Assembly (NCBI GenBank): GCA_963793265.1
Contig: CAWBZI010000002.1
Span: 768,001 to 832,000, forward strand
Length of the DNA stretch: 64,000 nucleotides
Source: an uncultured cyanobacterium
Lineage (GTDB): Bacteria > Cyanobacteriota > Cyanobacteriia > Phormidesmidales > Phormidesmidaceae
Direction of reading: 5' to 3'
Shown: in pieces, positions 32,979 through 43,297 of the stretch
Layout: each line of letters starts with the position of its first letter
How positions within the stretch are numbered: the first letter of the stretch is position 1
Notes under the pieces: generated by a model
The model's input: only the letters and a program-made list of their open reading frames with translations
Databases searched by the model: none
Told to the model about the DNA's origin: nothing
Position numbers and translations under genes: made by a program

Positions 32979-35168
32979 ATGACGGTAGAAGTTTGGCCAG
33001 GAAGACCGCATCCGTTGGGTGCTACATGGAATGGTAAGGGCACTAATTTTGCTCTGTTTTCTGAGAATGCTACGGGCGTAATCTTGTGTCTGTTCGATGA
33101 GAAAGACCATGAGAGACAGGTGCAACTGCCTCAAGTAACCAACTATGTTTGGCACGGTTTTTTGCCGGGTATAGGCCCAGATCAGCGCTACGGTTTTCGG
33201 GTAGAAGGCCCTTACGATCCCGCTTCGGGCCACCGATTTAATAAGCACAAGCTGCTGATCGATCCCTATGCTAAAGCGATCACAGGAGACGTTTGTTTTG
33301 GCCCTGAGCTGTTTAGCTTTCCGATGGATCACTTTGGTGATCGCGACCTGGATCTGGACTTTTGCGTCACTGACAGCGCTAAGGCTATGCCAAAATCCGT
33401 CGTCATTGATGGTGGCTTTGATTGGGAAGACGACACCCATCCAGATATTGACTGGGATCGCACAATTATCTATGAGGTGCACGTTCGCGGCTTCACACGG
33501 CAAAATCCTAAAATTCCTCATGAGCTAAGAGGTACGTATGCAGGCATGGGGCATCCAGAGGCGATCGCCCACCTCAAAAGTCTTGGCATCACCGCCGTAG
33601 AACTTCTACCCGTTCACCACTACGATGTGCATCCCGGTCACTTAGTCACTACTGGCCTGCACAACTACTGGGGTTACGACTCACTAGGCTACTTTGCTCC
33701 CCACGCTGGCTACAGCGCTTCAGGCCCGCGGGGCATACAAAGCGGGCAGCAGGTGCGCGAGTTCAAAGAAATGGTGAAAGCGCTTCATGCAGAAGGCATT
33801 GAGGTGATTCTAGACGTGGTGTACAACCACACCGGAGAAGGTAACCACCTGGGGCCAACCTTCTCACTTCGAGGCATCGATAACGCCGCCTATTACCGGC
33901 TGGTTGAAACCTCTCCTCGCTACTACATGGACTTCACGGGTTGCGGCAACTCGCTAAACGTACGCCACCCTCAAGTGCTCAAGCTGATTATGGATAGCCT
34001 GCGCTACTGGGTGCAAGAGATGCATGTAGACGGCTTCCGCTTTGATCTGGCCTCAGCTTTGGCCCGCGAACTCTACGAAGTCGATCGGCTCTCCGCTTTC
34101 TTTGACATCATCCATCAAGACCCTGTGCTCTCTACCACCAAGCTCATCGCCGAGCCCTGGGACTTAGGCGAAGGCGGCTATCAGGTCGGCAACTTTCCAC
34201 TGCTATGGTCTGAGTGGAACGGCAAGTATCGCGACACCATTCGAGACTTCTGGCGCGGAGAGCACTATAGCTTAGGCGACTTTGCCTTTCGCTTTACTGG
34301 TAGCTCTGATCTCTATCAAGACGATGGCCGTTTGCCTCATGCCAGCATCAATTTCATCACCGCCCATGACGGCTTTACCATCAACGATTTGGTTAGCTAC
34401 AACGAAAAGCACAACATCGCCAATGGCGAAGGCAACCGGGATGGAGAGAGCTATAACCGATCTTGGAATTGCGGCGCAGAAGGCGAGACGAGCGATCCTA
34501 AAATTATTGAATTGCGATCACGGCAGCGGCGTAACTTTTTAACCACGCTCATGCTCTCTCAAGGCGTACCCATGATACTAGGCGGCGACGAAATGGGGCG
34601 CTCTACTAAGGGCAATAACAACACCTACTGTCAGGATAGCGAACTGTCTTGGTTCAACTGGCAGCTAAAGGAGGCTGACCAACAGCTACTCGAATTCACA
34701 CAGAAGCTGATCGAGTTTCGCCATGCCCATCCAATCTTTAGCCGCCACCAGTGGTTCTTTGGCCGCGAAATTCATGGCTCGGGTGTCGTAGATATCGGCT
34801 GGTTTCATCCAGATGGCACAACGATTGACGATAGGGAATGGAACGATAGCTCCACTCGGGCCGTGGGGATCTTTCTCAACGGGGCCGAAATTCCAAACCT
34901 AGACAGTAAAGGTCAGCGCATTTTCGACGATAGCTTCTTACTATTTTTCAATCCTTCAGAAGAATCGCTGCTGTTTTCTATTCCTGAATCGATTGAGAAC
35001 CAGCAGTGGCAGATTTTGATTGATACAAAAGAGCCAACTGGCTTTGTCGCAGAAGGTAGAATTTACCAAAAAGAGGAGTTAGTGAGCGTCACAGCGCGAT
35101 CGCTCGTCGTCCTTAAATGCCCTCACTGTTTTAGCTTAGCCAGCTTCAATGCCCAGACGAAGGAGTAG
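32979..35168 (+). CDS. glgX: Glycogen debranching enzyme GlgX
   Basis: 'NYWGY', 'DVVYNHT', 'DGFRFDLA', 'AEPWD', 'HDGFT'. Confidence 0.96.
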   Translation: MTVEVWPGRPHPLGATWNGKGTNFALFSENATGVILCLFDEKDHERQVQLPQVTNYVWHGFLPGIGPDQRYGFRVEGPYDPASGHRFNKHKLLIDPYAKAITGDVCFGPELFSFPMDHFGDRDLDLDFCVTDSAKAMPKSVVIDGGFDWEDDTHPDIDWDRTIIYEVHVRGFTRQNPKIPHELRGTYAGMGHPEAIAHLKSLGITAVELLPVHHYDVHPGHLVTTGLHNYWGYDSLGYFAPHAGYSASGPRGIQSGQQVREFKEMVKALHAEGIEVILDVVYNHTGEGNHLGPTFSLRGIDNAAYYRLVETSPRYYMDFTGCGNSLNVRHPQVLKLIMDSLRYWVQEMHVDGFRFDLASALARELYEVDRLSAFFDIIHQDPVLSTTKLIAEPWDLGEGGYQVGNFPLLWSEWNGKYRDTIRDFWRGEHYSLGDFAFRFTGSSDLYQDDGRLPHASINFITAHDGFTINDLVSYNEKHNIANGEGNRDGESYNRSWNCGAEGETSDPKIIELRSRQRRNFLTTLMLSQGVPMILGGDEMGRSTKGNNNTYCQDSELSWFNWQLKEADQQLLEFTQKLIEFRHAHPIFSRHQWFFGREIHGSGVVDIGWFHPDGTTIDDREWNDSSTRAVGIFLNGAEIPNLDSKGQRIFDDSFLLFFNPSEESLLFSIPESIENQQWQILIDTKEPTGFVAEGRIYQKEELVSVTARSLVVLKCPHCFSLASFNAQTKE

Positions 35169-35180
35169 TCTTCTTAAAAA

Positions 35181-35513
35181 ATGTCTTGCTATCCAAAAAT
35201 CTACGATGTCGTTAAGCTCATACCCTACGGTCAAGTCGCTACTTATGGTCAAGTAGCGGACTTGGCTGGGCTTATGGGTAAGCCCAGGGTCGTTGGCTAC
35301 GCGCTATTTCGAGTGACCGCGAATACTGATATCCCCTGGCATAGAGTCGTCAATGCGAAAGGTGCAGTGTCTCGATCTTCGTTGAGAGATGGCAATGACG
35401 ACATGCAGGAGCTGCTGCTAAAAGAAGAAGGGATCGCCTTCATCAAAGGCAAGCTAGATCTGAAAAAATATAGATGGAAGCCTGATTTTACACAAATAGA
35501 CCAAGCGCTTTGA
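35181..35513 (+). CDS. Alkyltransferase-like (ATL/MGMT-family) protein
   Basis: 'IPYGQVATYGQVA' and a PWHRV motif (Trp replaces the catalytic Cys, as in ATL proteins). Confidence 0.9.
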   Translation: MSCYPKIYDVVKLIPYGQVATYGQVADLAGLMGKPRVVGYALFRVTANTDIPWHRVVNAKGAVSRSSLRDGNDDMQELLLKEEGIAFIKGKLDLKKYRWKPDFTQIDQAL

Positions 35514-35531
35514 GTCAATAGACTAGATGCT

Positions 35532-35801
35532 CTATACCGTCATCATCACAGATGAGGGGACAGACATTTCAGCTTCGATAGTAAGCTCTTTAGGCTCAGA
35601 ACTTTGCTGAAAACTAACCTGAATGTTCTGAGCGCCCTCGCCTTCGAGATCCTCAACGTAGCCAGGTTTAGATTTATTTGCTTCGGCTTCACTGCTAAAA
35701 GGCCCAAAATAGTAAGTGCAGACGGGCTCTGCTGTCGTGATTTTTACCCACCAAGGTGGAGAAAAGAAGCTAAAAAGGCTACTAAAAAAGTTTTTCATCA
35801 C
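35532..35801 (-). CDS. DUF1816-family protein
   Basis: 'WWVKITT..P.CTYYFGPF', 'GYVEDL..EGA' pattern. Confidence 0.85.
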   Translation of the reverse strand: MMKNFFSSLFSFFSPPWWVKITTAEPVCTYYFGPFSSEAEANKSKPGYVEDLEGEGAQNIQVSFQQSSEPKELTIEAEMSVPSSVMMTV

Positions 35802-36127
35802 AGTATTGAGAATGGCTTTGTATGTTTACAGTTGAGCTTCGTCAGTGAGCGAGTTACTAAAACCAGGCTGAAGAAGCTTCATTTTAGAACAGCTTTCATT
35901 TTTTGGCTGTTAGCAAATAACGAGATTGGAAGAAGACCTCGATCACAATACCCGATACAAAATTCAATAGAACAAAACCTCACAGTACTGTTGATGTAGA
36001 AGAATACCGCAAAAAATTAGCCAAAAGCAATGTCTTAAGAAGCTTTTTCTTTTTTTGAGACTATATTCTTCTACATTGGTTTGTACCTTTCTATCAATCC
36101 CTACTCCTACTGATAATTCTGCCAGAA

Positions 36128-37387
36128 CTATTCTGAAGCGCTAGGTAGAACATTTTTATCAGTTAAACCCTGTGCGTCCGAATCTGGCAGATTCAAGGCT
36201 GGCAACTTGTTTAACCAAGTTTGGCGGTAGATCTCGTAGAGCGCCATGCCGGTTGCAACAGAGGCATTAAGGCTAGGCGTTTTACCCCTAAGCTCAATGG
36301 ATACAAGCACGTCACAAAGATTTTGAACGGAAAGGCTTAGACCACTGCCTTCAGCACCGACAACAAGAACAACCGGCGCTGAAAAGTCTGCGGTATGAAT
36401 AGGCTGGGCAGCTTCAGCGGCTAGCCCGTAAATCCAAAAGCCCTCACTCTTTAAGTACTCTAGCGATCGCCCAAGATTGACAACTCTAGCTATAGGAATA
36501 TTTTCTAAAGCCCCCGCCGAGACTTTTGCAACAGTAGACGTGATCCCCACAGCGCGCCTTTGTGGGATCACGATCCCCTGCGCACCAATGGCCTCAGCAG
36601 ATCTCACAATCGCACCTAAATTGTGGGGATCGGTAATGCCATCAGCCGCAACAATCACCGGACGCCGTACCGCTGCTTTTGCCTGCTCAACTAAAATCTC
36701 TAGCTCTAAATATCCGTAAGCGGCTACTTGAGCAACAATTCCTTGATGATTAGCGCCCTGGGTCATTTGTGAGAGTCGCAGGCCGTCTACCTCATCAATC
36801 ACCGCCCCGTTGTCTTTGGCCGCTAAAACCATTGGGCGAAAGCGTGAGTCGTAGCGTAGCTTTTCATTTACCCATACTCTATTCAGCGGTCGGTTCGCTT
36901 CAATGGCAGCTTCTACAGAGTGACGACCATAGATCAGATCGGGCTTTTGTTCTTCTCCGAACGTTTCATCCTTCCGAAACTGGTCGGGCACATCGTTATC
37001 GCGATCACCATATTTACCCCGACCGCCGCGCTCATCTCGGTCACGACGACCCTTACCATAAGTGCCTTTTGAGCCACGGTCTTCATTAAACTTGCGCCCT
37101 TTCCCAAACTTAGAGTCGCCCGCTGCGCTTTTTGGCCTATCCTGACCAGACGAAACGCCGGGTTTGAGGCGAGGCTTAGCACCCGATTTGGAGCTGGGTT
37201 TGGCACCTGGCTTAGCGCCTGCCTTGTATGCACGGCCTGCTGTCTTGCCAGAACCGCCTTTATAGCTAGAGCCGCCACGGCCAGAGCCCAACTTAGGCCC
37301 ACCACCGGATTTAGGCCCAGTCTTTTTAATACGAGGCCGCTGAGAAGATCTTTCCGAATTATCTGGTGAACTATCTAAATCACTCAC
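36128..37387 (-). CDS. rlmB: 23S rRNA (Gm2251) methyltransferase RlmB with basic low-complexity N-terminus
   Basis: SPOUT motifs 'NHQGI', '[12 protein letters not shown]', 'GAEGSGL', 'SLNASVA'. Confidence 0.92.
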   Translation of the reverse strand: MSDLDSSPDNSERSSQRPRIKKTGPKSGGGPKLGSGRGGSSYKGGSGKTAGRAYKAGAKPGAKPSSKSGAKPRLKPGVSSGQDRPKSAAGDSKFGKGRKFNEDRGSKGTYGKGRRDRDERGGRGKYGDRDNDVPDQFRKDETFGEEQKPDLIYGRHSVEAAIEANRPLNRVWVNEKLRYDSRFRPMVLAAKDNGAVIDEVDGLRLSQMTQGANHQGIVAQVAAYGYLELEILVEQAKAAVRRPVIVAADGITDPHNLGAIVRSAEAIGAQGIVIPQRRAVGITSTVAKVSAGALENIPIARVVNLGRSLEYLKSEGFWIYGLAAEAAQPIHTADFSAPVVLVVGAEGSGLSLSVQNLCDVLVSIELRGKTPSLNASVATGMALYEIYRQTWLNKLPALNLPDSDAQGLTDKNVLPSASE

Positions 37388-37516
37388 GCCTAACGCCTCT
37401 TGATGATTCCTCTAGAGATTTCCAGAGGTTGGACTTCCAGAGGTTTTTGAACGTTTATTTTAGCGTATGCGGCCCTGAACTCAATGGGCGAGCTAGCAAG
37501 CAGTGAGAAATTCTTT

Positions 37517-37978
37517 CTAGATTGACAGGCGCTTGAGCAAATCGAATAGGCGAGGCCGATCGCTCAGGTACAGAAATCCAATCAAAGCCTCAAAGCCAGT
37601 TGCTTTCTGATAGCTTTGAGCTGTCGCACGACGCTGACGACCAGTCGTTGCGTTGCGCCCTCGCCTGAGAATATCTTTCTCTGCTTCAGTCAAAGACGGG
37701 ACTAATAGATCTGCGTACTGAGCCTGCTGCTCAGCTTTGACCTGGCTCACAACCTGATTGTGGTAGTCGCGAATTTTCTTAGCGGGGAGGAGAAGGCGCG
37801 ATCGCACGTACATTTCAAACACCGCATCGCCTATGTAGGCGAGAGATATAGGGGCGATCGCATTTAACTGACTTTCAGATAGCTCACCGATAGCATCTTG
37901 CGGCAGGTCACTCACAAAAAGATTAAAGCTGGAATCAACAGACGCTTGAGCCACAATAAGCTTTGCCAAAAACAACAC
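37517..37978 (-). CDS. mrnC: Mini-ribonuclease III
   Basis: 'LAYIGDAVFE..VR', 'RRGRNA', 'Y.KATGFEALIGFLYL'. Confidence 0.9.
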   Translation of the reverse strand: MLFLAKLIVAQASVDSSFNLFVSDLPQDAIGELSESQLNAIAPISLAYIGDAVFEMYVRSRLLLPAKKIRDYHNQVVSQVKAEQQAQYADLLVPSLTEAEKDILRRGRNATTGRQRRATAQSYQKATGFEALIGFLYLSDRPRLFDLLKRLSI

Positions 37979-38119
37979 GCAACCCGAATGCAGCCGCAGC
38001 CAGATAGCGAATGAACACCCCTAAACAAATACCACGTATCAACAGCAGACTCTTACATCCGGCGTCAATACGTGGCATTAGTGGACAAAAGTGCTGTTTA
38101 GAACTTTCGTTTGTTTTAT

Positions 38120-38488
38120 CTATGGTTTCTTTAGATTTTCAAGGGCAGCATCCACGTTGGGCTGTAAAGACAAAAACTGCTCTAGTCGAACGAGCTTGAC
38201 GGTTTGAGTAACGCGGGGGTTACTTACCACCTGAACGCTACCGCTCTCGCCCTTAGCTTTCTTGACCAATCGAACTAGCGCGCCTAAACCGGAGCTGTCA
38301 ACAAAGTCAATTGTAGACAAGTCCAAAATAATATGAGCTGGCCCGTCTTCGATGTACTTGTTGAGAACCTTGAGAAAAGTAGGCTCTGAAAAAGCATCTA
38401 ACAGTCCAGTGAGGCGAAATATTTGACATTTCCCCCTAACTTCGCGGGTGCCTCTTAGACTAACCGTTAGGGTAAGCGACTCAGCGAT
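38120..38488 (-). CDS. STAS-domain anti-sigma factor antagonist (probable ATC start)
   Basis: 'LDLSTIDFVDSSGLGALV' STAS motif. AGGAGG lies 5 nt before an in-frame ATC at 38488. Confidence 0.88.
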   Translation of the reverse strand: MAESLTLTVSLRGTREVRGKCQIFRLTGLLDAFSEPTFLKVLNKYIEDGPAHIILDLSTIDFVDSSGLGALVRLVKKAKGESGSVQVVSNPRVTQTVKLVRLEQFLSLQPNVDAALENLKKP

Positions 38489-38808
38489 GGGATCCTCCTG
38501 ATATGCCTGGCATCGAACGACAATATGACGATTAAGTATAGGGCAAGATACTATCGACTGCAAGAAAGACCTAAATACGTAGGTTTACTTACAAAGTTAA
38601 TGAGTATTCACGAGTAGCTATCTATCAGTATCAACCGAATAGTCGCCATCGAAGGCGTTAGCTACAGACCTAACTTAAGTCATAAGTATCATGCCCTATC
38701 ACGGGTCAGTATCCCTCAACCAATCAGGTTATTTTGGTCTTTCTTTTGGAACGTCCTATTATCAGAACATTTAACGCAGTGACAGGGCAAAATGACTGGG
38801 CGATACAA

Positions 38809-39987
38809 CTAGGTGCGGGCATCAGATCGCATCGCTGCCACAAAATTTGCGAACAGATAGTCGGCATCGTGAGGGCCGGGGCTAGCTTCGGGATGGTACT
38901 GCACTGAAAAGACCGGGAGCTGTTTGTGTCGAATACCTGCAACCGTTTGATCGTTGAGGTTAAGGTGCGTAATTTCGACCTGCTCTTGATCTAAAGAATC
39001 AGCCGTCAAAGCAAAACCATGGTTTTGACTGGTAATTTCAACCTGTTCACTGATGCCGCAGGGCTGATTGAGCCCACGATGCCCAAATTTTAGCTTGAAG
39101 GTTTCTGCGCCCAGCGATAGACCTAATATTTGGTGGCCCATACAAATGCCAAACGTGGGAATCTGACTGTCAATCAGCTCGCGGGTGACCTGGGGCGCAT
39201 TGGTCACTGCTGCCGGATCGCCAGGGCCGTTAGACAAAAATATGCCGTTGGGCTTGTAGCTCAGAATTTTTTCGGCAGAGGTGCCTGCAGGGACAACAAT
39301 GACCCGGCAACCATAGCTAGAAAGCCGCTTTAGAATATTGCGTTTAATGCCAAAGTCAATCGCAACAACTGTTAGCTGAGACTCATCAGTAGCCGGTTTT
39401 GGCTCGACCCTTTCGGCGTCAGTGACCGCCTTAGCGCTAAACGCCCAGCTCTCTTCAGTGGCTTCACTCCATTCGTATATATCGGGTGTCGTCACTTCTT
39501 TAACGAGGTTAAGCCCCTCCATCGAAGGCAGCGTTTGAAGTTGTCTGAGAAGTTCTTCAGCGTCTAGAACTTCGCTAGAGATAACGCCGTTCATCGCGCC
39601 AACGCTGCGGAGCTTGCGGGTAAGTGCGCGTGTGTCGATGCCGTGAATGCCTGGGATATCGTGGCCCTTGAGGTAGTCGCCGAGTGATTGAGTAGAGCGC
39701 CAGTTGCTTGGGCGATCGCATACATTTTTCGCGATCGCTCCTCTCACATAGGGCTTAGCCGATTCTTCATCTGCTGCATTGACGCCCGTATTCCCTAGCT
39801 CAGGGTAAGTAAAAGTCACCATCTGACCGCAGTAGCTAGGATCTGTGAGCACTTCCTGGTAGCCCGTCATACCCGTATTAAAAACGACTTCGCCCATCGC
39901 AGTGCCCGTCGCACCGAATGACCATCCTCTATAGATAGTGCCATCTTCTAAAACGAGCAAAGCAGGCTGAGCAGAAGGGTCGAACAT
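38809..39987 (-). CDS. carA: Carbamoyl-phosphate synthase small subunit
   Basis: '[14 protein letters not shown]', 'SNGPGDP', 'GICMGHQ', '[10 protein letters not shown]'. Confidence 0.97.
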   Translation of the reverse strand: MFDPSAQPALLVLEDGTIYRGWSFGATGTAMGEVVFNTGMTGYQEVLTDPSYCGQMVTFTYPELGNTGVNAADEESAKPYVRGAIAKNVCDRPSNWRSTQSLGDYLKGHDIPGIHGIDTRALTRKLRSVGAMNGVISSEVLDAEELLRQLQTLPSMEGLNLVKEVTTPDIYEWSEATEESWAFSAKAVTDAERVEPKPATDESQLTVVAIDFGIKRNILKRLSSYGCRVIVVPAGTSAEKILSYKPNGIFLSNGPGDPAAVTNAPQVTRELIDSQIPTFGICMGHQILGLSLGAETFKLKFGHRGLNQPCGISEQVEITSQNHGFALTADSLDQEQVEITHLNLNDQTVAGIRHKQLPVFSVQYHPEASPGPHDADYLFANFVAAMRSDART

Positions 39988-40198
39988 AGCAATCCTATTA
40001 AGAGGGACGGTAGAAAGAGAGAAAACGACAGCCGCAGGCCCAAAAAAAGCTCAAAAGTGGGTCTGAGACTGGGCTAAAGCTGAGTGATAAACACTGAAAC
40101 TTGACAAATCTTTGACAATAATATCCGTATAAGGCGCGAGCACAGCATAAAACAGGTCAGGGAATTTTAAAGAAGTAAGCAAGGTTACAACTTTTTCC

Positions 40199-41161
40199 AT
40201 GGGCCAGTCTCGATCCGTCTACCGCTACATATTACTACCTAGCTTCATCGGATTAGTTTGCTATGCCTGCGCGCTTACGCCAAAAGAAGATACAGACGCA
40301 TCGCAAAAAGCAGGTGCTGACAGCTCGAATATAAAACAGGTTGTAGATAGTGAAAATCAGGCTGACGTGAAAGTGGCTAGTCAGTCTGGCAATCAGCTTG
40401 TTGAAACTGAAACGGCTGCTGTATCGTCTCAGGCGGCAGACGCGCGATATCGTGAAGGTATCAATCTGGCTTCTAGCGCCTATACCTTAACCCTCTCAGC
40501 CGTATCGCCTGACGACTGGGGGCTAATCGCAAGCCGTTGGAGCAGAGCCGCAGACCAGCTCAGAAAGGTGAACGCAAGCAGTGAGCATTACAATATTGCT
40601 CAGCAAAAAATAGCTGAGTACACTCGCCACGCTGATCATGCGACAGCTCAAATTAAGGCGCTACAGCAGACCGTCTATATTCCGCTGCGTCCTTCAGCGC
40701 GGTCTAACGATTATTTTATTGATCGCCCCAGCACCCAGCTACCACAGCCTATCGCTGAGATTCCTGCCAATACTCCACCAACCGCATCATCTGCGAGAAT
40801 TCGCATACCTATTGTCCGCAGGCTACACGGCACGCCAGTTGTGCAGATTTTGTTCAATGGTGAGCGAACTTACGAGATGATATTAGACACGGGGGCAAGC
40901 CGTACGCTAATAACAAGGGCTATGGCCGATGAGCTGGGCGTTGTGCCGACAGAGAGAATGGTTGCAGCAACCGCAAGCGCCGCTGAAGTCACCTTTGACA
41001 TTGGCGAAATGTATTCTATGTCTATGGGCAACGCGACGCTTAAGAATGCGAAGGTTAGCATCGGTGACTCTGTAAGCATTGGCCTGCTAGGCAATGACTT
41101 TTTGAGAGGGTACGACGTGACGATTCGCAACAGAGAAGTTGAACTTGCGATCGCTCAATAG
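40199..41161 (+). CDS. Retropepsin-like aspartic protease with N-terminal helical domain
   Basis: 'MILDTGAS' and 'LLGNDFL'; N-terminal signal-like segment. Confidence 0.85.
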   Translation: MGQSRSVYRYILLPSFIGLVCYACALTPKEDTDASQKAGADSSNIKQVVDSENQADVKVASQSGNQLVETETAAVSSQAADARYREGINLASSAYTLTLSAVSPDDWGLIASRWSRAADQLRKVNASSEHYNIAQQKIAEYTRHADHATAQIKALQQTVYIPLRPSARSNDYFIDRPSTQLPQPIAEIPANTPPTASSARIRIPIVRRLHGTPVVQILFNGERTYEMILDTGASRTLITRAMADELGVVPTERMVAATASAAEVTFDIGEMYSMSMGNATLKNAKVSIGDSVSIGLLGNDFLRGYDVTIRNREVELAIAQ

Positions 41162-41198
41162 CCCCCTCAATAGTCAGCTAATAACAAACCAAAATGAC

Positions 41199-42923
41199 TT
41201 ACAGCCACATCACTCGCTGACGACGTTTGGCAGGACGCTTGCTCGTCGCTAGGGGAATCCTTTGCGCAATCGACGGCGCTACAGTAGACGCTGAAGGCGT
41301 GATGATCGCAGGGGCAGCTTGTGATGGTCGGTCGCTGACCAGTGCTGTCGAACTCAAGATAGAAGAGAAGGTGCCCTGCTGAAGCAGCCCATTCAAAAAG
41401 TCGGAATTAGAAACCTCTTCTTCTAAAGCGCCCATCGCCTCTTGAATTAAAGTACCTGAGATATCGCTAGCTGCTGGCTCTGCGATGGGGACATAAAGTG
41501 TAGAAACATCGGCATCGCCACTAAAGCTTTGAAGCAGGGGAGAAGACGAGCTGCTAGGGTTCGAGCTTGTATCTAGATCACGCAGGGGCGTAGCATCACG
41601 AAGATCGACCGAAGACTCACCGCGCGTCGAATAGTCTAAATTTTGAGCAGCTCGGTAGCTAGCGACTAGCGGAGATAGCTCTCGGCTAGGCATGTTCTCT
41701 GTTAGGCTTGCCAACGTTGCCTGCTGGGGTACAGCCGGTTGGTAAGTGACTGCCGCAGCTTCCGCTGGCAGATCGCTGACAACAGACTCAGGTGATGATG
41801 GAACTGAGTCAGACAGGGGCGTTGCTGGAGCACTTATCACTGGAGCACTTATCACTGGAGCGGGCATATCCTGTATGGGTATCTGCTGATAGCTGTTTTT
41901 GGCAGTGCTATCAGCAACAACGGTGTCAATAGGAGGCGCAGAAGATAACCGTTGGAGATTGTTCAAGATGGTCGTGCCGATCGACACATTCTGAGCAGGC
42001 ATATCAGTAGGAGAAGCTGACACACTAGAAACTAGCTGTGGCAAACCATCTTCAAATCTGACAGGCGCAGCCATATCGTCAGCAGCCATATCGTCAGCCG
42101 CGCTGATATTAGCTGACGAGGCATTAGCTGATGAGGCAGATGATATATCAGACGAGTCGCGGCTAGTTATTGAATCGTTACCCGCTACAGACTCGAAGGT
42201 TGAGGCAACCGATGCAGGTGCGGTTAGTCCGTCTAGTGAAACCTCTGCCGATAGGTTTGGGGTAGCAAAATCTGGGATAGGGAGTAGCGTTTCAGGGCTG
42301 CTGGCAATCTCGCTGTTCGGCAAAGACTCCGTAAAGCCGAGTGCAGAGGGCTCTAGAACAGATGGGAGATTGGTAGTTGAGCCGGTAGGTGAAGAGGAGA
42401 GTGAACTAGAGGCGGCGTACTGGTTGGGAATGGGCAAAGAAGAGAGATACACCTGGGAGGCGTAAGGCGTGCGATTAGTCAGCGCGCTAGGACTGCCGCT
42501 TGAACGAAGATAGGCTCTTACCTGGGCTACGGGGTCAGGCCGAGTTGAGGGTGAGGTACTGGCTAATCCACTGGCTAATCCATTGGCCAGCCCGTAGGTT
42601 TCGCCAGTTAGGCCACTCACTTCTTTGCTGCTAGGTCTGCCTACAGTAGAGAGCTTCGCGCCTGGTATAGCGTCGGCTTCGGGCTGCTCGAAGGCAGGGC
42701 CCATCATACGCCCGCCTGCGCTTGAGCCTACAGTTGAGGACGAATCTTTTTCGAGCGATGAGGCCACTAGCTCGGCAGAAGCTAACGTGCCTTCGGTTGC
42801 ATCGGCGCTAGCTACACCTTCTTCAGTAGGAACATCAAAGCTCCATTGAGTACTGGGAATGCTGCTTTGGCTGCAGCCTGTCAGGGCGGTAAGAATAACC
42901 GCTGAGGCAGTAACTTTACGCAT
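41199..42923 (-). CDS. Hypothetical Ser/Pro/Ala-rich lipoprotein
   Basis: Lipobox 'LTGC'; low-complexity body with short internal duplications (PVISA, AADDM). Confidence 0.75.
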   Translation of the reverse strand: MRKVTASAVILTALTGCSQSSIPSTQWSFDVPTEEGVASADATEGTLASAELVASSLEKDSSSTVGSSAGGRMMGPAFEQPEADAIPGAKLSTVGRPSSKEVSGLTGETYGLANGLASGLASTSPSTRPDPVAQVRAYLRSSGSPSALTNRTPYASQVYLSSLPIPNQYAASSSLSSSPTGSTTNLPSVLEPSALGFTESLPNSEIASSPETLLPIPDFATPNLSAEVSLDGLTAPASVASTFESVAGNDSITSRDSSDISSASSANASSANISAADDMAADDMAAPVRFEDGLPQLVSSVSASPTDMPAQNVSIGTTILNNLQRLSSAPPIDTVVADSTAKNSYQQIPIQDMPAPVISAPVISAPATPLSDSVPSSPESVVSDLPAEAAAVTYQPAVPQQATLASLTENMPSRELSPLVASYRAAQNLDYSTRGESSVDLRDATPLRDLDTSSNPSSSSSPLLQSFSGDADVSTLYVPIAEPAASDISGTLIQEAMGALEEEVSNSDFLNGLLQQGTFSSILSSTALVSDRPSQAAPAIITPSASTVAPSIAQRIPLATSKRPAKRRQRVMWL

Positions 42924-43297
42924 GAACTCTCAACTCTCCACTTTTAGCGTCTGAATAACTGTTTGGACGGTTTCTCTATGTTTTTAAGGCATACAACGGT
43001 ATAGAAACTCGCTGATTATCCCTGTGCTATCTATTGCAGTCATTGCCTACGTAGATGCAATAGACAGTGCAATTAGGCAAAGAGCGCCCTTGGAACGTCT
43101 ACGTAAACAAACTTATCATCTCTGTATTTTTTAATAGATGCTTTTGCCAGTATTTACACTGAAAACGCATCCAATCTTCAAATACCTTTCATAAACTGCT
43201 TTTTAGGCGCGTTTTAAATGACTGTGATCACACGTAGAATACGCCGAACATGCTTAGTACATGCTTAGTTACTTGACGGACACAGATCGTAAAAGTT

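Noticed and set aside
40101..40118. TTGACAA direct repeat at 11-bp spacing upstream of the aspartic protease
   Set aside because: Could be a response-regulator site or duplicated -35, but it is too short and has no well-spaced -10.
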